Positions 1 through 11,423 of a stretch of DNA of 64,000 bases are shown here, in pieces; position 1 is the stretch's first letter; each line of letters starts with the position of its first letter. Source of the DNA: a virus. Location: IMG/VR virus record IMGVR_UViG_3300035162_002132; one strand, written 5' to 3'. The notes beneath the pieces are model-generated. The model searched no databases. It worked only from the letters and a program-made list of their open reading frames with translations, and was not told where the DNA came from. Made by a program: the position numbers and the translations under genes.

Positions 1-1
1 G

Positions 2-2509
2 TGTTTGTATAGAAGAAGTGACACCATCTAAATATCCTATCTCAGTAGAACTTACACCACTAACACCATCTAATATGTTTAGTTCAGTTGCAGAAGCAGT
101 AATACTCAAATCACCTAAGTTCTCTATCTTTGAGTTGAGAGCAGTTGTTAACCCTGTAACTTTACTTTGTGCAATAGCATCTAACTTAGAGTTAGCAATA
201 CTACCTGCTAAATGAGCATTAGTAACTGCTCCTGTTGTTAAAGAGAAGTTGTTAGCATTAGCGGCTACACTAACTAACTTATCATACAGTGCAGTTGTAA
301 AGTTCTTTTGTGATAATCCACCATCCCCTACTGTGTATTCAGTATTTGAATAATTAGAAGCATGAATAGTTCCTGCTCCATTTGATGTCCAATCAATGAT
401 TTGATTACCACTTGGTATTGTTGGTTTGTTTAATATCTGCGAATCCCCACTACCTGAGTTCCAATCTGCATTAACATTTACTTCTGCTCCGGCGTCAACA
501 CCTGAAAGTTTTGCTTCTAAAGTGCTTGTGAATAATTTATTATTAGTTCCTGCTGCAATCTTATCTGCGCTAATAGCGGCAGAATTGGATATGTCTGCAT
601 CTACTAGGGTTGTTCCAACTGCTCTATATGCTCCACTCAGACTAGGAATATCACTAGCAGTTAGTTTACTAAATATGTTTTCTAGATTTACCTTTCTTAA
701 TCCAACAGTGTTGTCGTGGAAGGCAACGAAATCAGCAGTTCTATCAATACCGTTTTCATTAGATAACCCTGTTATATCTAACGTTAAGGTAGCACCAGTC
801 CTATCAAGGCCATCACTAATAGTAAGAGTAGGTTCTTTACCACTAAGAGCAGATACTAAACCACTAATTTTACTCTGAGCAATAGCCGCATTAGAATCAA
901 TTTTAACATTAGTAATTGCGTTATCAGCAATCTTCGATGTTGTCACTGCACTATTGTTTATCTTAGCAGTAGTAACTTTGTTTGCTCCTATTGTAGTAGC
1001 GCCATCTGCACTAGATGTTACATCACCACTATGATTAGGGTGTACATATGTATTAGCATTAGCAGTACCAGTATAACCTAAGTCTGCTAAAGATAATGTT
1101 CTAGTTCCCATTGATGTAATATGACCAGTGTTGTTTGTACTAATATTATCTATTATTACTGCACCAGTAGTATTTAGGTTACTTGTAGTATAATTAGGAT
1201 GAGTGTATGGGTTAGCCAATTCAGATGTAACTGGTATGTTAAAGTAGTTATTACCATCATTAGTAAAAGTCCACCTGTTAGAAGTTTCATTCCATTTTAA
1301 CTGCACATTAGTATGGTTTCCTCTTTCTACTTCTATCCCTGCATCAGTCGAAGAGTTACCTGTTTGATTCTTGTTCAACATTATTGTGTTGTCTTCTATT
1401 GCTAGGTTAGTAACATTAAGGGTGGTTGTTTCACCACTTACAGTTAAGTTTCCTGTAACTGTTAAATCTCCACCCGTTGTTATAGCGACTCCATTACCAA
1501 TTGTTGTTGCAGTGTTTATTTGAGCAAGTCTAGATTCTAAATTGCTTACGCTTACATCAACATCTGTTGTTGTTAACTCTAAATCAATAGTTCCATCACT
1601 ACTTTGATATGTAGCATTAATTCCTGTTTCTGTATTACTAGAAAACATTCCTCCAACAACACTCTGTATGTATGTCTCTGAACGCTGAGTGTCATCGTTT
1701 ACAGCAGATAAAACCCCACTAGCATTAATACTTAGATTACTTCCTACTTTAATTCCACCAAGGGTATTAGCGGCGGCAGTTGGTAATGTGAAATTATTAG
1801 CACTTGCTTCTATGCCTGATAACTTAGTTACATTTGCGGCTAATTGGTCAAACTGTGTATTAGTCATTAACCCTGTAACAGAGTTAGAAGAGTTAGCAGG
1901 TAGTTGTGAGAATAGTGCTAATGTTCCTGTTGTAGCAGGAATAGTTACAGTTGTCTCTGTACCTGATACTGTTTTAGTAATAGTTCCTTCTTTATTAATT
2001 CTAAGAGTTTCAGTATTGTCATCTATTATACTAAGTCCTTTATTTGTTTGTTCATATCCTAGAAATTGTACTCTTCGGTTAGCAACATCAGGGTCACTAT
2101 CTTCTGCTATCTCTATTATTGCAACTGGTATATCATCAGCCAATAGTGCTGACACTCTGTTTGCTAGTCTATCTTCCCTTAATGCTAATGCATTAGCAGA
2201 AGTTACAACAAGAACAGCATACCAACTAGCAGTAGATATAGATGTTTTAGATTGAAATACATAAGAACTATTGTTAACTTGTGTAAGTATTCCCTCTCTA
2301 AGAACCCAATTTTGAGAACCAATAGTATATTTTGTATATGTACCACCATCTGATTGAGTAATGTCAAAACCTCTAACTACTCTATTACCACCAGTAGCAA
2401 TATTTAGAGTGTTAATTATTCCACTATGTATGTTGTCTGCTCCATCAGTTATCCTAGTGTTGGGAGTTACAGAAAGATGGCTTATGAAGCCTTGATTTTC
2501 ATTAACCAT
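2..2509 (-). CDS. Tail fibre / receptor-binding protein (partial, runs off window start; missing from ORF track)
   Basis: Manual translation from ATG at 2509 (TAATG overlap with upstream stop): MVNENQGFISHLSVTPNTRITDG... open to base 2. T/S/N/G/A-rich, with fibre-type segments (GDLTVTGNLTVSGETTTLNVTNLAIEDNTI; AVTTSKIADNAIT; EVNVNADWNSGSGDSQILNKP). Explains the plus-strand shadow ORFs. Confidence 0.8.
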   Translation of the reverse strand, partial: MVNENQGFISHLSVTPNTRITDGADNIHSGIINTLNIATGGNRVVRGFDITQSDGGTYTKYTIGSQNWVLREGILTQVNNSSYVFQSKTSISTASWYAVLVVTSANALALREDRLANRVSALLADDIPVAIIEIAEDSDPDVANRRVQFLGYEQTNKGLSIIDDNTETLRINKEGTITKTVSGTETTVTIPATTGTLALFSQLPANSSNSVTGLMTNTQFDQLAANVTKLSGIEASANNFTLPTAAANTLGGIKVGSNLSINASGVLSAVNDDTQRSETYIQSVVGGMFSSNTETGINATYQSSDGTIDLELTTTDVDVSVSNLESRLAQINTATTIGNGVAITTGGDLTVTGNLTVSGETTTLNVTNLAIEDNTIMLNKNQTGNSSTDAGIEVERGNHTNVQLKWNETSNRWTFTNDGNNYFNIPVTSELANPYTHPNYTTSNLNTTGAVIIDNISTNNTGHITSMGTRTLSLADLGYTGTANANTYVHPNHSGDVTSSADGATTIGANKVTTAKINNSAVTTSKIADNAITNVKIDSNAAIAQSKISGLVSALSGKEPTLTISDGLDRTGATLTLDITGLSNENGIDRTADFVAFHDNTVGLRKVNLENIFSKLTASDIPSLSGAYRAVGTTLVDADISNSAAISADKIAAGTNNKLFTSTLEAKLSGVDAGAEVNVNADWNSGSGDSQILNKPTIPSGNQIIDWTSNGAGTIHASNYSNTEYTVGDGGLSQKNFTTALYDKLVSVAANANNFSLTTGAVTNAHLAGSIANSKLDAIAQSKVTGLTTALNSKIENLGDLSITASATELNILDGVSGVSSTEIGYLDGVTSSIQT

Positions 2510-2847
2510 TATATCATCTCCATCCTAACTGTAAACGTTAAAGTGTCTGCCGAAGCCAACACTCCTGTATTCGTGAAAGCAACACGGCTCAAGAGTGTAT
2601 CCGTTGTAGCATGGAATATACCTAGTTCTGAGACACCTTCGTTTCCTAAATCACTACCACTAAACTCAACGTTCCACAATATGCTTGTTCCTATAACAGA
2701 AGGAGTTATCACCTTCTCCGCTACATAAGAATCTAAAGCGGGTTGAGTTGCATTTGTTGGGTCGCCACCACTACCAACTTTTACTTTAGTATAGTTTACT
2801 GCAATATACTGTGTTGCAATATCATTCGCTCCGTTATCTACTATCAT
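2509..2847 (-). CDS. Tail/baseplate-associated protein (tail-collar fibre N-terminal-like)
   Basis: 112 aa with VKVGSGG...SELGIF...LLSRV pattern typical of fibre-attachment proteins; lies between giant tail protein and fibre. Confidence 0.55.
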   Translation of the reverse strand: MIVDNGANDIATQYIAVNYTKVKVGSGGDPTNATQPALDSYVAEKVITPSVIGTSILWNVEFSGSDLGNEGVSELGIFHATTDTLLSRVAFTNTGVLASADTLTFTVRMEMI

Positions 2848-2857
2848 ATATATTCCT

Positions 2858-5800
2858 CTAATCGTAAAACCTATTCTTATATTCTTTTTTAATTGCTATT
2901 ACACCTGTTGAAGTAGTTTCAAACCCAACAACTTCAGTAAATCCAAATACATCATCAAAACCCATGTTAGCATTGAGAGTCTCCCCGACCACTTTGTATT
3001 CAATGGATGATAGTCTTAACTTCAAGTTATCGAATACTGCCTTGCCACCCACTGTTCCAATAGAGTTTGCTGAAAGCAAATGAAAAGTATTCTTTTTATC
3101 TTCTTGTGTTATCTCGGTTAATCGTTCAGCAATACCTTTAGTATATGTTCCAACTGTCAATGTTAATATAATTCCTAATACGTTTTCAATTTCAAATATT
3201 ATATATTCTCCCAATGGAATGTTATATGTTGGAAAGTCTAATATTAAAATATCTCCGGCTTCTAGGTTCTCAAATCCTTCCTTATTTATCTGCATTTGTA
3301 TTTTTCTTGCTTCACCACTATGTATTTGTAGTGTCTTTATTGCTTCTATTTTAGCCTCTTCTACTGTCGTAATGCTAGAATCATTAACCGTTTTAGTTTT
3401 TTCATTCTTTATAGTAGCACTAGTCAATTCAAATTTAACACCATCACCAACAACTATGACTTTGTTTATTTTATCAAACAGAGAGGTATTGTTTTGTATT
3501 GGTTCTACCCCTGCTAAATCTGTAAATTCAACTTTTTGCTTGCGTAAACCTACCCTATTTTCTATATCTGTAAAGGTTATTTTATTTCCTTCTACTTTGT
3601 AATCTAATCCTTTTTTCTTAGTTAATGCATTAATAGCACCATGAGCATCTGCATTATTAAAAGTTAAATTACTAACAAACGTTTTATCATTATATGTAAC
3701 TATATTAGAATATTGAGGCGGAATATAATACTTATCACCTGATGCAAATGTTATTGTTTTATTGGAGATACCTTGTATTTTTCCTATTAAATGTCCGTCT
3801 TGTGTATAAATTATACTTCCTTCTTTTACCTCAGTAACATTCTCTAAACAGACAACTGTATTAGTGCCGTTTGAATCTACTATATTAGTTGTAAAATTAA
3901 CTCCGTTTTTAAGACCGTTAAATTCTAATCCTACATCTTTTATTATATTAGATAATTCAGTATCTATGTTTGAACCTACGTCATAAGTAGTACCGATGTA
4001 ACAATGTTTTATATTTTTAAGTCTAGGTTTTTTACCTATTGTCAAATTAATTATTTCACCACACGACACTACTCCATTACCTGTTAAGTCTTCATCGTAA
4101 TTGAACACTAAACACGGTTCTGTTGCATTACTAACTCTCTTCTTTCTAGTTGTTGAAACTGTTATTTGTTTTTGAGTTTTGTTTATGCCATCTGTTAAAT
4201 GAACACTAAGCACTTCTCCATCTTCAAATCCTCTAATAGCACTGGCAGTTGTTCTAGATTCGATAAAAGGATTATCAGCAAGAATAGTATTATCAACATC
4301 TAATTTTAGATACATAGAATATACTGCTTCTTGGAAGGTTTTATTGTTAGTTGAATCTTCGGGACTCCCACTGCCCTTTCTAAAGTTAGTAGCCACCGTT
4401 TTGTATTCAAGACCTTCATCGTGCATTACATTAAATTCTATTTTTTGAGGGGTGTTTCGGAAGGTAGTCTCTGATATTCTCATTAAACGATATTTTGCTC
4501 CATGTGTAGGAACTTCCCCATTGCCTATTATACTACCATTTGTTAAATGTGTATCTAAAGTAATAGTATGTGCTTCGTAATTACTAGTAGAAGGAGCAGT
4601 GCTTATTGTATGGTTAGTTATTTTACTAATGTAAGTCGGAACTCCATGATGTTTAGCATCTGTTAAATTATCACCATCAACTAATTTTTCTGAGACTAAA
4701 TAATATCCAGTTAAATTAGGCATGAAACTTAACCAAGTATGTGTAGAGTCATTATTTAATGTAAAGGTGATGGTTTTATTACTATTAGAATATACAACAA
4801 CGCCTGTATCACCTGTTAAGTTGAACGTAGGTTTTACTATGTATTGTGATGAATACATTTGTCCTTGATTAGTTATGTCTTGGCCGCCCACGGTTAACTC
4901 CGTAGTATCGTGAGAGTTTTTTCTATAACCATAACTTCTTCTAAGATGACTACCCCTACCTATTTTATCAAAAGGATATACCTTAGTTTTAGTACCAAGT
5001 ATAGATGCCTTATATGTTATTGGTTGAGTTGCTTCTGTACCATTTATATAGGTTTCAACTTCAGGGTTAGTCCAATTAAAAACCCTAGTAGTAGGGGTAT
5101 GTTGGTCTTTATCTGTGTCAGAAGAATAATCCAAAGCGTAAGTAGTAAATTCTGAATCGGTATCGTGATATTGTTTAGTGCTTGAACCATATCCTGAAAA
5201 GCCCATAGGAGAACTAGTCAAAGTTACTTCCGTAGGCCACCCATAACTAGTAAGAGATGAAGGTACTACTGCTTCTGCATTTCTAAAAAGACCAATGCAA
5301 TTATCATATACATGAGTCCTACCAATACCTAATGCTTCTTTATTAGTTGTGCCAATTGTAGGGGAACTCAACCCAAACGAATTGTCAACCATAGCACTTA
5401 CAACTCTAGACATGTGTAGCCTAACAATACCTTCATCACCAGTTAACTCGCTTGCATCGGTGTCATCCCAACCATTTATGGCATGAGCAGGAGAAAATCT
5501 CATATCTCTTTTATTACTACTACTTGATTTATTTTCAATAATTAACGGGAGTATGACATTCATAGGGTCATAATTACCACTAACAGATGCTTTTTCTAAC
5601 AGTTGATGGCTAAATATACCACTATTAATAGGAGGATGTAATAACCAACTAGTGTGAAATTTAATATCATTATGTCCATTAGTTCTATCAGAATAAAATC
5701 CACTATCAGTCGTTGTTTGTAAAGCATCGAAAGTTGTATCAGTAGAAGTAAATAATCTAAACCTTTCTACACCATTTATTCTTATATTACTACCACTACC

Positions 5801-8800
5801 AAGAACATGACCATCAAACTTCAAAATATTATTAACAGGAGTTGCGGGAATTAAAACACCATGATTGTCTAATAGATGTTGATTATAATCTAAATTATTT
5901 GATGAGTTATATGCCATCGAGAATCCTGATGTTGCACCATCTACTTTCAATGAAGCATTAGACTCACTGCTGTTATCTCCAATTTTATCTATCCTATGAA
6001 CCACATCTCCAACTGTTAGTTGACCTGATAACGTACCACTCAAAGACCCACTACTAATATTAGCGGTAAAACCACTTAGAATACTTGGCGGTGCTACCAT
6101 AACATAATCGAAATAGTTTAGACTAGGTATTTCTGAAGGAGGTTTTAACGATTCAAAATCAATTGGGTTAAAGTGCCAATCAAATGTAGCCTCAACTAAT
6201 CGTATTATTCCCCATCTTTTTATTTCAGCAGTATGTTTTCCACTACCTTTAATAGTTGCAGTTTCAAAATTAATTTCTCTTTTCAATGTGGTCGAAGTAG
6301 CACCATCATATAATTCATGATTAGTTATATCAGTTAATGATGAAGCACTTTCTAATATTGCACCATATGTTTCAAATGGTTTTGAATTGGCACTATTAAA
6401 TATACTATTGTGACGTTGTTTAGATGAAGGTAATATGTCTCCTGTTGCTAATAATTCATAAGGAATTGTTCTAGGGTCTATTTGTTCAAAGTTAGAATAC
6501 ATTATATCAGTTTGGTTTGAAATATTATCTGAACTTGAAGCGTATGATGTTATTAATGGAGCAGTAGCGTGGTAAAACGTACTTAAATAATTCCAATCTT
6601 TTAATGTATTACTTCCGGCAAGTGGTTTATTATTTACTGTTGCAGTCACAGTTTGAACAGTACCATCTGCTTTTACACCATAACCTACTGCATATCCTTG
6701 TGTTTTTTGTTTACTAATACCTTCTCTGTAAATAGTATCTGATGTTCTAACCAACCCACCACTATTTATCTGCTGTAAATCCCAATATCTTATGGTATCA
6801 GAGGGTGTAATATTACCCCCTTGTTCAAATGAAGGTTGTAGTCTATGTATAAAACCACCAGTTTCTATATTATTATTAACTAAATATAAGTTAACATTGC
6901 CTCTTGTATCAAGACTATTAGACTCAACCCTACCTAATACTATGGGGAATGTTGGTGCAATTTCTAAAACTGGACTAGTGAAATCTTGTTCGTTTATCTT
7001 AATAACATCAAACATTTCAGAATTAGGTGTTAATATATCTGATTTAGTAGCACTAATACCATTTTCGTTTCCTATTGTGAATGCAAATATAGAATCGTCT
7101 GTTGAAATTGATTTAGGAGAAGATATATCATAACCTAATGTTTCACCTGTTTTAGTAGAACTATCGTTGGAAGACAGTTGTAAAGTAGAATGAGTAAGAG
7201 TTCCAACACCGTTCAAATTACCCGTAGTATAGTTTAACTCTATACCTGACTTAAAGGAAAGACCTTTTTCACTAATAGATGTAAAGTCTGCTACTCCTCC
7301 TGTATGTGTAATATTACTTTGTAATGCTTTAGTTCCTGTAATGTAGTTTGTTTGACTAGAACTATATGGGTTATACGCTTTAATTGTGTTATTTTCTGTT
7401 GTTGTTAATGCTTGGTCAAATAATGTTATTGTTTTAGTTGTTATACCAAACTCAGTATTACTAGCCATTGATTTTACTTCCCCTATTAAATCACCATTGT
7501 GATTAATTAACAAAGAATATCTATCTAACGCATCTGAAGGAGTGTAACTACCTCCACTACTAGTGGTTAATGTAACAGTTTTACCTGAAATTGCAACGGC
7601 TGAAATGTTTGTTATTAATGTGGGGTTTAGAATAGGTGGAATAGATGTTTTAATTACATCACTATAATGAGTTAAACTTCTATTAATAGATTTACCTAGT
7701 AGTTTAGAACTATCATCTCTACCTGCTATTTTAAAAGAAGTAAAACCACTACTTGTTTTAACATCTATATCTTCTACTTCTCCACTAAATACTTCATCGT
7801 TTATTGAATATGAACCATTGTAATAGTATGGTATATCAGCAGAAACATTTGATTTCTGATAGAATGTTTTACTAGGGTTTTTTAGTTTAGCATACTTATT
7901 GTTCTTATCTGCATAATCTACTTCTAATGTATGAGTGTTATATCTTAACGGAGTCATTGTTGATAAATGCATTCTACTATCTGTTTTATCTACTGCTATC
8001 CCATTCATAGTTAGAGTTTGAAATACTCCCCCGTTTGTTAATTTTGCAGCAGCGTCTGATATAAATTCAAAGTTGAGAACCCCTGAATATGGCATTACAT
8101 ACATTGTTTTTTTTATTATGTCTATGGCCGGAGTATCCCCCGCATCAGTAGTATCTCCGTCTGAGTTATTATCAATAGCATTTAGATTAGAACGTCCTGA
8201 CCAAGTATTAGCACTAGTTAATTTAGAATCTTTTATTGTAAAAGATTGTTGAGTATCAAGAGTCTTATTGGCAACCACATTAACAACATAGTGATAACCG
8301 TCTATCTCAACAATATCATTTGTTGATAGTATGTGATGTAAATTTATATTTGTTGAAATATTGTATAGTGTTAAAGTACTAGCCGCAGTTTTAGTGATTA
8401 TACCTTGTATTTCCTTTTTAATAAACTTACCATTGAATATGTTATTTCTTAATTTTAGAATATCTCCTTCTTTTATTTTTAGATGTTGAAGTCCACTATT
8501 ATCCATAACAGTTATATGAGCCATTTTAGTCAGTTTATTTTTAGGACTATTTAGAGAACTATCACGAACTGGTTCTATCTTATTGTTTTTATATTCTGTC
8601 TTTTCAAATGTAATATACCTATTTGGGCCAGTAAGATTACCGTCAATGGTGTTAACCGTAGGAGTTAATAAATCACCTGCATGCCTTTTCATCTTAGTAA
8701 ATGCACTATCCCAACGAGTAGCATCAAATGCAGAATTACTAGTATTACTATCGGTGGTATAATTACTATCAACTAAAGTAGCATTAATATTACTTCTTCC

Positions 8801-10282
8801 TAGACTTTTGACTATGTTACCAAACTTAGGTTGAGTTCTAAATACTACATTTTGTATAGTTTTACCAATTTTTATTTTAACACTAGTACCCGTTACAGCA
8901 GTGACTGGGATAGTTACAGTATGACTACTACCCAAAGCAACACTTAGAGTACTACTAGTAGTATATCCACTACCGCCAAATACTAATGATACCGCAGTTA
9001 CACTGCGTAATCCTGATGATGAATTATACGTTACAGTTATGCTAACCGTAGCACCAGTCCCGTCACCGCTAGTTGTTGCATATGTTTTAGTTCCTGTATA
9101 GAAAGCACCAATAGTACTTGTAGGAGAAACAGAATGTGAACCTAGTGCTGATACTCTAGTACTAGTACTATTAAAAGCAGTTAAAGTATTTCTAGCGTAA
9201 TCTATTTCAAATCTATTAGCACTGTTTGTCCCACTAGATATTTTTTCTTTTATATTACCAATATAATTATTATTATCATCAAAGATTGATTGACCTTCAA
9301 TTAATTTATGTCTATCAGCAGGAGTTAGTAAGTGAAAAAATTCTGCGGTAGTTTTTACATTTTGAGTATGTGCGCTTCTCGTTCCTATTTCTAATTCTGT
9401 TCCATAGTCCCACCATCTTTCAGATGTAACATTATATTTTTCAGAATAATCTAATTGGTCATTTTCATCTAACCTATCATTATAGAAATAGAACGTAGGT
9501 CTTATTGCACGTTGTAATACATCATACTTTGAACTAGTTGTTAGTGTATCGCCTCTTAGACCATAACTTACTGCCACAATATCAGTATCGTTTATTTTAT
9601 GTGGCCCTTTGTATATCTCAAAATTACTTTGAACTGGTACAGCAGTTGGGTATTTAGGTTCAAATTCTAACCCGTCACCAAACTCATCAAATGAGGTTAT
9701 CCGTGTAATCTTAGCGAAGTGTGGTCTTATTTTGTCGGTTGTTGCGCTTGTTAAGTTAGGATTTATTAAAATGAAATAATCATAATTATCAACATCTAAT
9801 CCTATAACACCACTAGAAGGATAGTCAGTGGTACTGTATGTAAATTTCGAATTAGTTTCTCCGATAGTATTCTCTGAATCAAACACCTTTACTTTAAATG
9901 AATTAGTTTCGTCACAATTTGTAGCGTAAGAATCTAAAGTAGTGTTTGTTGGATATATCCTGTTAACTATTCTACTACTGGAATCATTGGATATTCCTAC
10001 ACTATGAGGGGTATTTCTTATTTCAAAAAAGTTAGCAGAATCAACCCAATCGTTTCCATTTGTTCCTGCGGTTTGACCTGTTATACTACCACTGTTAGAA
10101 TTTTCATATTCTAGTCTAGTTGTTTTAAATTGTGGATTTACAGAGACACTACTAAATGCATCACCATTACTAAACTCGGATAGTCTATCATCATAGTCAC
10201 TGGTGTTTACTATATCTGTATCTTTTTTACCGGCATTAATGGGATATAACATTCTACCAGTAGTGCTGTCTGCTGCTCCCAT
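2858..10282 (-). CDS. Giant tail-tip/baseplate hub-like structural protein (2474 aa)
   Basis: Position after tape measure and distal tail genes; T/S/N-rich beta composition; C-terminal NKVIVVGDG...IVDSSITT-like hub segment. Confidence 0.65.
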   Translation of the reverse strand: MGAADSTTGRMLYPINAGKKDTDIVNTSDYDDRLSEFSNGDAFSSVSVNPQFKTTRLEYENSNSGSITGQTAGTNGNDWVDSANFFEIRNTPHSVGISNDSSSRIVNRIYPTNTTLDSYATNCDETNSFKVKVFDSENTIGETNSKFTYSTTDYPSSGVIGLDVDNYDYFILINPNLTSATTDKIRPHFAKITRITSFDEFGDGLEFEPKYPTAVPVQSNFEIYKGPHKINDTDIVAVSYGLRGDTLTTSSKYDVLQRAIRPTFYFYNDRLDENDQLDYSEKYNVTSERWWDYGTELEIGTRSAHTQNVKTTAEFFHLLTPADRHKLIEGQSIFDDNNNYIGNIKEKISSGTNSANRFEIDYARNTLTAFNSTSTRVSALGSHSVSPTSTIGAFYTGTKTYATTSGDGTGATVSITVTYNSSSGLRSVTAVSLVFGGSGYTTSSTLSVALGSSHTVTIPVTAVTGTSVKIKIGKTIQNVVFRTQPKFGNIVKSLGRSNINATLVDSNYTTDSNTSNSAFDATRWDSAFTKMKRHAGDLLTPTVNTIDGNLTGPNRYITFEKTEYKNNKIEPVRDSSLNSPKNKLTKMAHITVMDNSGLQHLKIKEGDILKLRNNIFNGKFIKKEIQGIITKTAASTLTLYNISTNINLHHILSTNDIVEIDGYHYVVNVVANKTLDTQQSFTIKDSKLTSANTWSGRSNLNAIDNNSDGDTTDAGDTPAIDIIKKTMYVMPYSGVLNFEFISDAAAKLTNGGVFQTLTMNGIAVDKTDSRMHLSTMTPLRYNTHTLEVDYADKNNKYAKLKNPSKTFYQKSNVSADIPYYYNGSYSINDEVFSGEVEDIDVKTSSGFTSFKIAGRDDSSKLLGKSINRSLTHYSDVIKTSIPPILNPTLITNISAVAISGKTVTLTTSSGGSYTPSDALDRYSLLINHNGDLIGEVKSMASNTEFGITTKTITLFDQALTTTENNTIKAYNPYSSSQTNYITGTKALQSNITHTGGVADFTSISEKGLSFKSGIELNYTTGNLNGVGTLTHSTLQLSSNDSSTKTGETLGYDISSPKSISTDDSIFAFTIGNENGISATKSDILTPNSEMFDVIKINEQDFTSPVLEIAPTFPIVLGRVESNSLDTRGNVNLYLVNNNIETGGFIHRLQPSFEQGGNITPSDTIRYWDLQQINSGGLVRTSDTIYREGISKQKTQGYAVGYGVKADGTVQTVTATVNNKPLAGSNTLKDWNYLSTFYHATAPLITSYASSSDNISNQTDIMYSNFEQIDPRTIPYELLATGDILPSSKQRHNSIFNSANSKPFETYGAILESASSLTDITNHELYDGATSTTLKREINFETATIKGSGKHTAEIKRWGIIRLVEATFDWHFNPIDFESLKPPSEIPSLNYFDYVMVAPPSILSGFTANISSGSLSGTLSGQLTVGDVVHRIDKIGDNSSESNASLKVDGATSGFSMAYNSSNNLDYNQHLLDNHGVLIPATPVNNILKFDGHVLGSGSNIRINGVERFRLFTSTDTTFDALQTTTDSGFYSDRTNGHNDIKFHTSWLLHPPINSGIFSHQLLEKASVSGNYDPMNVILPLIIENKSSSSNKRDMRFSPAHAINGWDDTDASELTGDEGIVRLHMSRVVSAMVDNSFGLSSPTIGTTNKEALGIGRTHVYDNCIGLFRNAEAVVPSSLTSYGWPTEVTLTSSPMGFSGYGSSTKQYHDTDSEFTTYALDYSSDTDKDQHTPTTRVFNWTNPEVETYINGTEATQPITYKASILGTKTKVYPFDKIGRGSHLRRSYGYRKNSHDTTELTVGGQDITNQGQMYSSQYIVKPTFNLTGDTGVVVYSNSNKTITFTLNNDSTHTWLSFMPNLTGYYLVSEKLVDGDNLTDAKHHGVPTYISKITNHTISTAPSTSNYEAHTITLDTHLTNGSIIGNGEVPTHGAKYRLMRISETTFRNTPQKIEFNVMHDEGLEYKTVATNFRKGSGSPEDSTNNKTFQEAVYSMYLKLDVDNTILADNPFIESRTTASAIRGFEDGEVLSVHLTDGINKTQKQITVSTTRKKRVSNATEPCLVFNYDEDLTGNGVVSCGEIINLTIGKKPRLKNIKHCYIGTTYDVGSNIDTELSNIIKDVGLEFNGLKNGVNFTTNIVDSNGTNTVVCLENVTEVKEGSIIYTQDGHLIGKIQGISNKTITFASGDKYYIPPQYSNIVTYNDKTFVSNLTFNNADAHGAINALTKKKGLDYKVEGNKITFTDIENRVGLRKQKVEFTDLAGVEPIQNNTSLFDKINKVIVVGDGVKFELTSATIKNEKTKTVNDSSITTVEEAKIEAIKTLQIHSGEARKIQMQINKEGFENLEAGDILILDFPTYNIPLGEYIIFEIENVLGIILTLTVGTYTKGIAERLTEITQEDKKNTFHLLSANSIGTVGGKAVFDNLKLRLSSIEYKVVGETLNANMGFDDVFGFTEVVGFETTSTGVIAIKKEYKNRFYD

Positions 10283-11413
10283 CTACTCACCAAACCTGTA
10301 ATAAAACAATATGTTACTATAACTCGGAGAGAGGGTTTTAGTTGTAGATACATTTGGAGCATTACTACTATGCATTGCTATTTCGTATATCTCACCATAG
10401 AACTGTTCACTAGAAGTTCCTTGTCCTATCTTACAATCACTAGGATGTAAAGTAACATCATGTTGAGTATGTTGCATAGTTGCTTGTAAAGAATTATCTA
10501 TGTATATCTCTGCTGCATGTTGTAGATATGTAAAAGAAATCTTATACATTTGGTCTAAGTATAATGCTTCTTTTAATTGAGAATAATAAACAGTGGTGCT
10601 ACTTTGGGCTTTATCCATTGTTATTACTCCTGCACCACTACCCGACAAAATATTTGTACCGACTACTTTACCGATAGAAACTCCTGAACTATTAAACAAC
10701 TCTGTTCCTTTTCCAACTAAATTGATATTACTAGCAGTTCCTAATGTTAAAGTAGATGCTGTGCCATTACCAGTAGCAGTATCTAATTTAGTTAGAGAAG
10801 TAGTATTACCTACATAATATCCATAAGGGTCATAATAACCTGTTAGTTTATTTTCTGCCTTAATTACTGTATCAGTTTCTAGTGTTCGAAATGTACCGTC
10901 TGTTTTTCTAAACTTGGCTACAACCTTATATTCAGCCGGTTGATTGTAACTATTATCAGTAGTATTTTCTAAATATAATTGTACGTTGGCATTATGAAAT
11001 ATCATTAACTTTAGTGGAGAGGTAGTATATTTTGTCGAAGACGAAGTACCTAATATGCTAGTACTTTCATATGTGCTTGCTCTACTACTTAATGAGTCAC
11101 TTGGGTACGGGGCAGTCTTAGTAGAGTCTAATACTCCAAACTCAGAGTTACCATACTTAGCAGAACCATTTACATCATAAGGAGTAATAATACATTCAAT
11201 AGTAAATGCTCCGGTGTTATTCCAAGGACTCCTGTTTCTAACATCTGACATTGTAGTGCTAGTAGGTGTTCCTGTATTATCACCTGAACCACCAACAGTA
11301 CCAGTAGTTCCTTCTATTTGTGTAACGGAAACATCATAATCTAGATTTAAATATCCACTTGATAGTAGAGGAAAAACTAACTTGTATAAATTACCTGCAT
11401 ATGCGTTAACCAT
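10283..11413 (-). CDS. Tail protein with concanavalin A/LamG-like domain
   Basis: AFTIECIITP, YKISFTY...AEIYIDN, CKIGQG...FYGEIYEIAM: LamG-like strand pattern. Confidence 0.6.
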   Translation of the reverse strand: MVNAYAGNLYKLVFPLLSSGYLNLDYDVSVTQIEGTTGTVGGSGDNTGTPTSTTMSDVRNRSPWNNTGAFTIECIITPYDVNGSAKYGNSEFGVLDSTKTAPYPSDSLSSRASTYESTSILGTSSSTKYTTSPLKLMIFHNANVQLYLENTTDNSYNQPAEYKVVAKFRKTDGTFRTLETDTVIKAENKLTGYYDPYGYYVGNTTSLTKLDTATGNGTASTLTLGTASNINLVGKGTELFNSSGVSIGKVVGTNILSGSGAGVITMDKAQSSTTVYYSQLKEALYLDQMYKISFTYLQHAAEIYIDNSLQATMQHTQHDVTLHPSDCKIGQGTSSEQFYGEIYEIAMHSSNAPNVSTTKTLSPSYSNILFYYRFGE

Positions 11414-11423
11414 ATCTAATCCC

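Noticed and set aside
18-2728. Plus-strand ORFs (18, 426, 1689, 2426)
   Set aside because: Antisense shadows of the minus-strand tail-fibre gene (2-2509) and its upstream gene; no RBS
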